A DNA stretch of 64,000 bases from Glycera tridactyla (Eukaryota), in NCBI GenBank assembly GCA_965644265.1, contig OZ286469.1, forward strand, positions 64,790,001 through 64,854,000. Direction: 5' to 3'. Position numbers and translations under genes: made by a program. Shown here in pieces: positions 53,771 through 64,000 of this stretch (positions are counted from its first letter, which is position 1; every line of letters begins with the position of its first letter). The notes beneath the pieces were generated by a model. That model was given only the letters and a program-made list of their open reading frames with translations. It was not told where the DNA came from and ran no database searches.

Positions 53771-54406
53771 ATCACATGGAAGCGAACAAATTCCACTAAC
53801 TGACAAAGACGAATCATGTGACAAAACCAGAAATTTTGTCATTTGTCGCACAGATGGATTGATTGATTGATTGATTGATTGAGTGTCAAGATTCCCTCAG
53901 CTACAAGGGACAACAAGCTCTACAATTCTTAGTCCATGACCCTGTCAGTACGAGCTGTCCTCACCTGGTTACATGCCAAGTATATCCAACAAGACCAGGA
54001 CATTGTTACAGCATCCCAAACATGATGATGAACACACATCTGTTCCTGTCATTGCTTTCATTGTGAGGTATTGTGCGTGCTGGAGGGAAAATTGGTCCCT
54101 CCAACACTGAATATTGATCATGTCCTAACCACAATCACACCATATTGTGCATGTATAACATGAGTCAAGAGATGGCCAACATTGGCAAGAGGTGGGATGT
54201 ATCATAATGATAATGTGGACTTGATTAGGGATAACAAGATCGGTTCTTGAATTGGACATGTTCAGGGGTCAACATGGTGAACGATGGCATTTTGAATAAG
54301 CCTTAATGCTGAAACTTCATACACAGTGAATGACCTTCATGAGTAGCTATCTGTCAAAGTTGTAAATTATCGACTGAGTGAGCGCCTAGTTTTTTCATGA
54401 GCAGTA

Positions 54407-54579
54407 CAGTGGAACCTGCAACAAGAGACCACCACGGAGACCACCTCTGATGGGGAGACCGCCTTCTTGAGACATCATTCCTTTCTGACATAGTCAAATA
54501 TACCTCTCACAATCAACTATCTCTTTCGCAAGACTTCATTTTGATGGCATCTAGGGTGGTCTCATAGCAGGTTTCACTG
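54407..54579. mobile_element. MITE family A, TA TSD
   Basis: ta-CAGTGGAACCTGC...GCAGGTTTCACTG-ta; the internal tagtcaaatatacctc is shared with the 4903 copy. Confidence 0.88.
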
Positions 54580-57500
54580 TAGTAGATCTGACTATAGCAA
54601 GCAACACTATTCACGTTTGTGGTCCTAACAAACTATCCTGAGCTCGCTGTGTGTCAAGGCCATCCCGGTGCCATCCCATTTCCCCTAATTCAATAAATGT
54701 GATAAACAGCTGATTTAATGCACTCGACAGTAATTGCCAACAGCTACAATGTAGCCCACTCATTTTCTATCCTGATTGGGGGGGGGGGGGGGGGGGGGGT
54801 GAACAGGATGTGAATTGAGGCTGTAGGCTGTACAAGTGTGTTAGGATGCAGATGTATGAATTCATTCAGAAGGACAAAATGCCGAACACTGCATACTAGG
54901 ATGCAAACCGTTCCTCAAACTCAGACTAGCTACTTCATGATTGCATTTTCAACACAACAATTATGGCTGTATGTAGCTTTATCATGACTGCATTTTGATA
55001 ATCGCAATCACCTAAATAATATATTAGACCGGACGAGAAACTTCACAGTTATCTAGATCATAACGCATTTTCAAGAATTGCATCATAGAGTACTTGAATT
55101 TGCGTAGTTCTGGGTAATACAAAAATGAAATAAAGGTGAGGTTTACAAGGTTGTTAGTATAATGTAGGCAACAGCAGATGGACAAGTGAGATGCGGAGCC
55201 TATTTGGGCCTATTTACATCGTTGAAATACACCACAGCGGCTGCACATCAGTGATATTGATCGCCGACAATCAATCGAACAAAAGCCATAAACTGATGCT
55301 AAACAGTGTTTTTGGCAATTACATCCTATTCAGCGATGAAACGTCATCAATTATTATCTGCCGTTTGCCGAAACAACTTTGCCGAAATAACGCACTCTGA
55401 CATGAATTACAGCAAATTAAAGCCTATCTAAAGCTATCACAGCAGAGAAATGTCCTGATATTTTGTATAGTTGTAACAGCTGCCATGCTCATGATATTGT
55501 GGGCCATTTAGTATAAGGCAGCACTGTAGACAAATGTTGATACTGTTGTGATATTTTGATACTGTTCAGATAAACTTTCATTGGGTCAAAATAGCACATG
55601 GATCCTGAAATTCTGAGCGACATCTCCATGAATTTCACGTTCGTAGCCTAGCTGAACTAAAAACAGAGTTGAGAATATGCATGGAAGACTGATAATGGAG
55701 ATGAATTTCATTGGCAAATGGCTTAATTTTCTTTGGTCAATTTTGAGTTACAATTGTCTGTGTTAATTCCATGATTTCAAACCTGATCCTGATTAATTTT
55801 TTTTTCCTCACTTCACACAATCGGCTCAAGGCAAAGTCCAGATAGTGAGTATGGCAGAGGCATTCATTTCATTATGCTTGCAGTCAAGATTACCACAAAT
55901 ACGATCTTAAATCTCACAGCAAGTACAGATAGTGACTTCATGGGGAGCATCACCAGATTCTTTATTACAATTTTTTGTGGGACATCATATATATGTAAAT
56001 GAGCTAGACATAAAACATGAAGATAATGGCCAAGACATACTAAGCTGGTCAGTTTATTGGCTGTCAGGGATATCAAGATGGATGAAGATTTATGGAGAGG
56101 ATTTCCAGCGTTACTAGCTAGAAGTGATAGCTCGTGATTTTGGCGATATTCACGTAATTTCCATGATCGTTGCATGACATCGCCACATCAGTATGCCAAT
56201 ACTCCCCAGGCCACAAATGCAATTGTGTCGGTCGGCGAGTTTTTCTACGTCATCCTCATGACGGCGTCACAGTGCGCTATGCAGATGGCATGACAGCGCA
56301 TTCAGGAAAGCATTCAGGAAAGCAAGCGGCCTACGCGCTGCAACCACGACCACGTTACGCAGATATTCATGGCCACAATTGCAGGCTCTAATCCACCCCA
56401 AATTGAATCAACGGGAATATAGAAACGACAAAAGCTGGCCACTTACCTGACTCCATAGACCCTGTTAGACTCATCTCCATCTAGCTAGCCTAATCAATAT
56501 TTTGCAGTTCCAATAATTCAATATTCTGACAGATTTACTTTAAAAGTACTTTTCAGCATTGGCCTTTTAAGACATGGCTCTCACACATCAAAGTAGTAAT
56601 TACGGTGATTTTTCATCTACATTTCGAGATTGAATTGGTAATTTTGCCTTTGACATAACTAACCCTTCAAGTATTGAAGTTTGCATGTTGAACCTGTGAT
56701 TTCTCAACATCAAAGTCTGCAGTGCAGGAAATTCATGAACGGCCACCAAATTCTACATGGAATCATTCAGTTGTCAATCTACAAAAACGAAACTTCCAAT
56801 AAAATGCAGAATTTTGCAATTGATGAAAATAGGTATTTTGCGATGTTCCAAGCTGAACAGGATGTGTACTTGACTGAGTGATAGATCAATTTTGGTCAAA
56901 AGTCTTCACAGTACCTGATGGCTCTAGAAGAAAGGCACTCCTGTCTAAGAGGACCCCCCCCCCCCCCCCACACCTCCTCCATACAGAGGTACAGGAAGTA
57001 CAACAACTGGTAAAATGTCAGCAGGCTAACTAAGAAAGGTATCAAAATAAGGAAAGAGGTCAGAACAATAAACCTGATGGACTGGTAGCATCCATTTCCA
57101 GCACAATTTAACCTGACAGGAGCCTAGTATATGAAGGTCACAACATTTGACCACAACATCTCCAGATTGTTGCTGAGGCCCAGGGCCCCTATTGGTCCTT
57201 TTTTTGGCCCATCAACCTCTGCTAATATAGGTCAGTGGGCCCAGGTCTCCCATCCCCACAAATCACAAGTATATATGAGATAGCCCTTTATTTTGAGAGA
57301 TGACCCATATTGATATTTCTAGGATATGGACTTTGAGGTCAAGAGTGTTGTCAGGAAATCAAACTCTGCCCAGAAAGTACCCTTCTTTCATGCTGAACCA
57401 CAAGAAAGATCTGGCTACAATTCATGAGATTTCAACATTCATAACCAAGTCTGGAATGATGGAATCATCCAGGAGATGAAACTATCAAACACGGACATGG

Positions 57501-57674
57501 ACATTTCAGTCTCACACAATGATGATAATGTCATGTTCCAATCTTGATTTCAAGACCGAACCATGGATGCCACCATCTACGACTAGATTATCACTGTTTA
57601 ATTCATGACTAGCAGGTGACTTTGATTACATCAGTCATGAAGGAAGCAGGGAGATCTCCCGGCCAATATAAATA

Positions 57675-57852
57675 CAGTTGAACCTGCTCTAAAGACCACC
57701 TCTCTATAAAGACCACCTCTCTATAAAGACCACTTGAGCTGCGACCGTGGTAGTATTTTCAACAGTAAATGACCTCTCTATAAAGACCACCTGCCTATAA
57801 AGACCGCTTTTCTTATACGACCGAAGGCGGTCTTTATAGACAGGTTCAACTG
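57675..57852. mobile_element. MITE family B, TA TSD, opposite orientation to the 12740 copy
   Basis: ta-CAGTTGAACCTG...CAGGTTCAACTG-ta; shares gaaaatactaccacggtcgc and the subrepeats. Confidence 0.92.
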
Positions 57853-58110
57853 TACTGTACAAATGTCTAGTTACCTAGAGTCCAGGCTGGATGCTGATGA
57901 AGGGATATGACAACCCCCCCCCCCCCCCCAGATATGACAACCCCGGGATGACTCTCCACCCACTCTTTAATCATGAAGCCAGCAGAATACACTAGTATTT
58001 GATGACTTACACACACGTCATTCATTCCACCGTTATTCACCCTACCCCTCCATGCTCCCCAACATCAGACTACCCATTCTATCCACAGCTCAAATCAATG
58101 AACTAACCCT

Positions 58111-58311
58111 GGAATGCTAAGCTTTGATAACCAAAATTAGTAATGATAGCAATTTTTTCTGAGTAATGATGGCAGTATTTGCAATGATCAAATACAAAAA
58201 TCTGCAAATTTTAACTGTCCCAGGGATGCTAAACTTTGATGACCACAATTAGTAATGATGGCAATATTTCGGAATAATGATGGCAGTATTTGGGATGATC
58301 AAATACAAAAA
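58111..58311. repeat. 112-bp-period imperfect tandem duplication; related fragment near 52604-52660
   Basis: gg(a/g)atgctaa..ctttgat.acca.aattagtaatgat.gcaat...taatgatggcagtatttg..atgatcaaatacaaaaat x2. Confidence 0.88.
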
Positions 58312-61208
58312 TGATGAATTTATTGGAGTAATGTCACATGAATAATGCCAAATATTTTGCCCCACAAAAGCGATCAGTATCCATCAATTTAATGGCTGGC
58401 ATCCCTGTTAACCTTGATAATGTTCAAAATGGTTAGAATTCATTTTGGATGTTCATGGACCTATTTTTTCAAAGGAACTGGCCATGTGAAAGAAGTGGAA
58501 TCAGAGGTGGTTTCCAACCGTTGTGACACTGAGAGGTTGTAAATGTTTGACCATGAAGGACAATCTGCCTGCCACTGTTTGAATAAAGACCAGGTTATTT
58601 ATCTACCTGCACAACCAAACGGCCATCTGATGTCAGACTGTGTGTTCACAGCTGCGCCCCTGTGTACGTGTATGCGTGTGTGCATGCGTGTGTGCATACA
58701 AGTGTGCCTGCATATGCAGCCACAGATGTGGACACATTCTGAACACACCAACATATCTCTGCCAGCCACAGAGCTCTATATTTATCACTCATGTCAAACC
58801 CTACATATGATGAAAATATGTCAAGAAATTGCCTGCCTATGCATGTCTCACGAAACTTGAAATTTCTTTTCCAAGTCAGACACCTCCAAAATCACATAAA
58901 AATGGTAGAATTCTGAAAAATTGTGACTGCCTAGAAATCTTGTTTTTGATGAGAAAGAAATCATCATCGCACCCTCTGGGTTGGTTATCTAGAGAATATA
59001 GTCTGTTCAGGCAATATAGGTCTATATCAGACTATCCTGACCACTGTGTTACCCTGTGAACATGGGATCAGTTTTGAAATGAGGACTATGGAAATTTCTA
59101 TGCATTTTATCCTAAATATAAAATTCACATTGGAATGACATTTAACAAACGGAATTCAACTTTCCTCATAAAAACAGAATTGCTGCTGGGTTTAGCAATG
59201 TGATACCCCACAATTAGTCAAGTAATTGATTATTTTGTGGCATTTTCCTCTCACAACATCAGGAAATTTCCATGAAAATGAATAAAGCAATCAATGTTTG
59301 GATGAATGAATATGATTTTGAGTTATGAAAGTGAGGGAAGGCAATCTTGATCGGATTTATAATGCTTCCTCCCGATTGAATAATATCTGATGACCGCGCT
59401 CAAGGAAGTTCCGACTTTTCATCACCGCCTGTGACACATAATATCCGGCAACAGAAACTCGGCAGAAAACGGAAAAACTGTTTGATTTATCTGACGCAAG
59501 ACTTGCCCATCGGAAACCAAATCAGGCACAGATCATGTGACCGTCTTCGTCGGATCAGTTAGGCGTCCTTGACCACGTCCATCTGATGATAACCTCATCA
59601 ACTATATTTGTATCCTCGACCAACACAGTCATTCAGAACGTTTTCTAACACACGCACAGAGAAACTATTACCATCCAATTATCTTCCAAATGATCACAGT
59701 TTAAGCCAGAAACAATTCCTGATTTATCTCATATATCATTCCAGCAGGAGGAGCTTATCTAGATGATGAAATATCCATTTTCCTGATAAATTTCAAGCAG
59801 TTTCGTGGTATTTTCAATCACACGACTTTTCAGGTCACACACTAACAATGATGATAACTCTCCAATTCAAATGACTGATACAAGGCTCATTGGTTGAGAA
59901 ACTTCATTTGAAATTTCCTCCATTTTTGTTACATTTCGTAAATAAACCATCACATACTACATAAAAGATGCAGATGTGAGCGTCGGAACTAGAAGCCAAC
60001 CATTTTCAATTTGTCATCTGAAACTAAATTTCTCTGAAATTCGTATAAGTGCAGGTGGATATGAAGCTGTGACCAGTTCATTCTTTGTTATAACACCTGT
60101 CACCATGTGCACAGGCTGCTCAAAGCTACAATATGAGCTTTAAAAAGCAGGTATTACTCTCATAGTAGAAGGGCATATAAGTGACACAATGTCAAATGTA
60201 GCATCATTACTCAAAAGCTCATCTGATCCTCAACATTCTGAAAAACATGTGAAATTCAATGGTTGAGAACGATATCAGAAACCTGTCTCCTCATGAATGC
60301 AACATTTTTTCTCAATCAACAATTGGATACAATTTGTTGAAAGCCAATTTGCATCACTTCTTGGTTAAAAATTTGCTTCTTGGTGATAGATTTCTCTTCG
60401 GTACTATTCACAACATCAATGAACTAACCAAATGGTCAACTGATACATCAATCTACCAGTGATATGACAACTACAGGGTTCAGGCTCAACAGCAAATTTG
60501 CAGCTAATACTCTCAGAAGAGAGTGATTTCTGAAAGGTACATAACTTGCCATGCATTAGGATTCATTCCTCACAAAGTTGAGGTAGATATTTCCCCGTCA
60601 TCCAAAATTGATGGCTAAACATCTAGCTGAAATGTGGAATGACTGCATCAAATTTCAACTTCTGACTACATTAACGGATTTATCACCTTCATATGCACCA
60701 ATCAGTCAATATTTCATGGAAATCAAAAGAAACCTGGACACTGTAACTGAATCTCGTGACAATGAAGGAATCACCACGGGGTAGTTGACCACTTGGCATG
60801 CAGTTCTACACAACCGTCTAAACACCCTCTATAGAGGGGTAAACTCATCTAGGTCACGACACAATGGGGTAGGAAGCACCATCAAGGAAGGAAGCACTGA
60901 CCGGAGACCCCCCCACCCCCACACACTTCACCCCTCAGGTTCACTAACCTCCTTTGTATGATCTCACAGAAAACAAACCCCATATTCAAACTCAAGACAG
61001 TTACAGAATTGAAGTAGCCACCCATCTCAGTAAATTACTAATACGGGAACAATCACAGTGGGTATCTCTGAACACGACCCCATGTAGCAAACTTTGCTGA
61101 GGTAACAGAACATCCGTGACTGACTCACGATCATTTGTTACCCATGTCCCTCCAAATGTCCATTTCTCATCAATACACATCCAGAGAACAGTTGAATAAA
61201 GTACTAAC

Positions 61209-61379
61209 CACAGGGGTGAGGGGAGAGTAGACTTGTGAGGGTACCATAACAGCCGGTGGGACCGCTGGTGGGGCAAGCGCCGGGTACAGAAGCAACGGCT
61301 CCGAGGGTAGACACAGCCCGTTTGCTGTCATTCTCATCCTGCGGCTGGTGACGGCGACGTCCGAATCAAACAACTCCCG
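61209..61379 (-). CDS. Candidate upstream or alternative first coding exon of the TIA-1-like gene: RELFDSDVAVTSRR-MRMTANGLCLPSEPLLLYPALAPPAVPPAVMVPSQVYSPLTPV (ATG at 61337 or 61331)
   Basis: Acceptor tttttatcag| at 61380 and donor CCTGTG|gttagt at 61208. The exon is 171 nt, open only in phase 0, GC-rich and protein-like (Pro/Ala-rich). It ends in phase 0, so it would join EMKVNW in frame. No recognisable domain. Confidence 0.55.
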
Positions 61380-61649
61380 CTGATAAAAATCGTATCACCA
61401 AAATCACTAGCCGATCGACGATACAAAAACCAGTAAGTCCTGGACTCTTTATGTTGCCGGTGTGTCTTTTAAATATAAGAAGGATCCCCGAATGAGTCTG
61501 AAGGTGACACACGGCGTCCACTTGGCTTTTCCTCTCATGTGCACACACTGAATGGGTGGAGGAGTGTGTGTATTACCACAGAAGCCTGCGTACTACCATA
61601 TAGGCCCACTGCTTGCTCCGCTATGTGGGGATGATGCTACAATGCTTAC

Positions 61650-61928
61650 TGCAGATGCTGCTACTGCTGCTGCTGCTGCCAACGCCACTGCCAAGCTCAA
61701 ATGCTCATCATTTATGCAACGTGACAGTTTGAGCAGACCGGTGGAGAGAGCGAGTGAATGGTGGATGGGAGGGGGTGGGTGATGCTGTGGGGGGGGGGGG
61801 GGGTGAGAGGCAAGCGCGGGTCTGTGTGATGCTGCAGCCTTTCTATTGATGTGGGTCTCACTGACATTGAGTTGAGTAAACCCAGCGATGCTCGTCGTCG
61901 CCGCTGCCTTGGATGCGACTGCCTTCAT
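61650..61928 (-). CDS. Possible further upstream exon (His/Pro/Ala low complexity, MKAVASK...LAVALAAAAAVAASA); could equally be 5' UTR
   Basis: Part of the 151-aa ORF 61593-62048. The donor TCTGCA|gtaagc at 61649 is in phase 0 and compatible with the 61379 acceptor. The frame crosses a poly-C tract, so it is fragile. Confidence 0.3.
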
Positions 61929-62656
61929 CCAGCAGCCTCCACATGCCGCCGTGCCAGCATCCCCTCCACACATGGGACAGAAGCTACTGAGCCATGCATG
62001 CATGCACACACACATGCGTGCACACTCTACCCCCAACCCCACCCCCACACACTGCTATTCACCATCTGACCGCAACAAAACACTCATCACGCATCACTGA
62101 ACATCGAGGCCAAGGACGAGATGAGAGAAAAAATTGCGGAAATGCCACCTTTCACTGCGAAACAAGAGGCAGATTCTCGGACATGTTCTTTCCCAAATGA
62201 ACCGGGATATCACATTACTCTGTGCCCCCATGCCTTGCAGCAAAAACTGGGAATGGCTGTCACGAAATCTACCAGTAAATGAAGTACCTATATCAGCAGT
62301 GTTATCCCACAGCTTCATATCATGATGCACCCCACATTTCCTTGTTGTTCTGAGGATCATGTCACCAATCCTGATTTACTGATCCCTTTATTATCAATGT
62401 CACAATATCTCTCATCAAATACAATCAAGTGGACTGTCGCCCTGACTTACTGATACATCATGATATAGAGGTTTGACTATGCATGAAAAATTTTACTTCC
62501 CATCCAGGAGAAAGCCAAATTTTCTAAAAATGTGAATTTCCTCCCATACTTGACAATAGTACTTTCTCTAACTGATTTGTGTACAAGCTCTGTCAGTGGA
62601 AAGGTTAAAGTAGTAGGTTTTATATCCATAAAGGTGGCAAGTTCTTTTCTGAATTA

Positions 62657-62813
62657 CAGTCCAACTTATCTAAGTAGCTACTCTCCAAACAGCCACCTGC
62701 CATAGGCAACCACTTTCAAATTTCCCTGTGTTGTTTTTTCACTGGAATTCACCTATTCTAAGAAGCCACATTTTTCCCCGCCTAAAGGCAGCTGCTTAGA
62801 ACAGACCTGACTG
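62657..62813. mobile_element. Degenerate TA-TSD MITE abutting the 62816 element (shared TA at 62814-62815)
   Basis: ta-CAGTCCAACTT...AGACCTGACTG-ta. Confidence 0.6.
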
Positions 62814-62815
62814 TA

Positions 62816-62958
62816 CAGTGAAACCTGTGACAAGAGACCGCCCTAAATGTCACCAAGAAGTGGTCTCGCAAAAGAGGGGTTCTCTCATCGGAGGTATATT
62901 CGACTGTGTCAAATAGAAAAGCTGCCCTGGAAAGGTGGTCTCCCATCTGAGGTGGTCT
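62816..62958. mobile_element. MITE family A, truncated, opposite orientation to the 4903 copy
   Basis: ta-CAGTGAAACCTGTGACAAGAGACCGCCCTAAATGTCACC matches the reverse complement of 5036-5076; no right TIR seen. Confidence 0.8.
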
Positions 62959-63219
62959 CGCTGTATCACCTGGGTATCCATGGAATACCACCCAACACAG
63001 AGGGATTACATCAAATAGGCCTCGGTTAATGCACCTTCAGCAGGGAAGCTTAAAATTTAAATCCAATATGTTAGCTGAATTTCACAACACCAAAAACAAA
63101 CTTTATTGCAGCATTTTTGCCAGGTTGAATTACAGCTCTGCAGCACCTAAGACAGATCTCATCTCAGTATTTCTCCTAGATGACGGGACTTAAAGTAGTG
63201 CACTTGACCTCAGAAATGC

Positions 63220-63439
63220 AAGGTTGCATCCAGGATTTCTAAAACTGGGGTAATATATATACCCCCTCAAATTCAAGAAAAGGGGGCATTTCTTCACTAG
63301 CCCCAATGGGTCCACTTAATATCAGAGTGCAGCCTCTTGGTAGATTTAGGGGGCATTTTGGCCCCTGATTTCCTTGAAAAAGGGCCCACTGACAACAAAT
63401 GTGTGAAATGCCCCCATGCCCCCCTCTGGATGCAACTCT
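63220..63439. mobile_element. 220-bp MITE with 14-bp imperfect TIR and 8-bp TSD (hAT-like)
   Basis: agaaatgc-AAGGTTGCATCCAG...CTGGATGCAACTCT-agaaatgc (TSDs at 63212-63219 and 63440-63447). Confidence 0.75.
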
Positions 63440-64000
63440 AGAAATGCTTGTAGAATTCTCGTCTTTTTCAATTCTCATCTTTTGAATAATTATACACCAA
63501 CACCTTCACAAATGGTGACCAAACCTCATGATGTCGTCTCTACAAACACGCCCCTCCCCTCAGCCACATATCAGTATGCAGAAGAGTCACATCCGTTCGA
63601 TGAATAACAATGTAGCTACTACAAATACGCAGTCACGCTTTCCAATTGCCAAGGCCGCCCAATAAATAACCAGTCACGCTCGTTGTCATACATTTTTCGC
63701 CATGGATCCATCGTTTTTGCAAGGGCGTCACATTTTAGATGGCCTTAGATCAAATGTGTCAGTGAGCATGGGAGAGCGTTGACAAGACAAACGTCTTTGT
63801 GCATTCTGGTCCATTAGTGGCAAGGACATTTATGCACGTTAAGTCATGGTGGATGGGGCAGAATCATGCCAGCGATCACGCCAGTGTGCCCACACACCAG
63901 GTGCAACAACTACATCCCCATCTCTTGTCTCTCAGCACACTTATTCCACTCTTAACACATTAATTACCCTACTTCTCAGCGCCTCCAACGCATACAAAGC

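Noticed and set aside
6191-62069. ORFs rich in CV/HT/THT/PPP or X runs in the supplied track
   Set aside because: These are translations of (TG)n/(CA)n microsatellites, poly-C/G runs or N gaps.

Overview
Draft-assembly animal genomic DNA, roughly 40% GC, with four N gaps, many microsatellites and MITEs. An invertebrate, probably spiralian, origin is my inference from peptide style and repeat types. Only one unambiguous coding exon was found: a 58-nt minus-strand exon at 17990-18047 encoding EMKVNWATSPGNQPKQDTS, the RRM1 C-terminal strand plus RRM1-RRM2 linker of a TIA-1/TIAR (Rox8-type) RNA-binding protein. I could not find the neighbouring RRM1 (TLYVGNL / DPYxFVEF) or RRM2 (HIFVGDLSPEI / KGYGFVSF) exons by eye, so almost the whole window appears to be intron of this gene: about 18 kb or more downstream, and up to 46 kb upstream. 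The upstream region holds (i) several ATG-containing segments ending at consensus donors in phase 0, the phase needed to join the EMKVNW exon, which are candidate alternative first exons giving RRM1-less isoforms (two share a GLCL motif); and (ii) several short exon-like units with strong splice sites, phase-0 stop codons and U-rich tracts after the donor, which are candidate autoregulatory poison exons. All exon calls other than 17990-18047 are by-eye predictions and need RNA-seq or homology support. The remainder is TA-TSD MITEs (two families), one MITE with an 8-bp TSD, a SINE-like family with (AATC)n tails, local tandem duplications and CpG-rich islands. Most ORFs in the supplied track are judged spurious.
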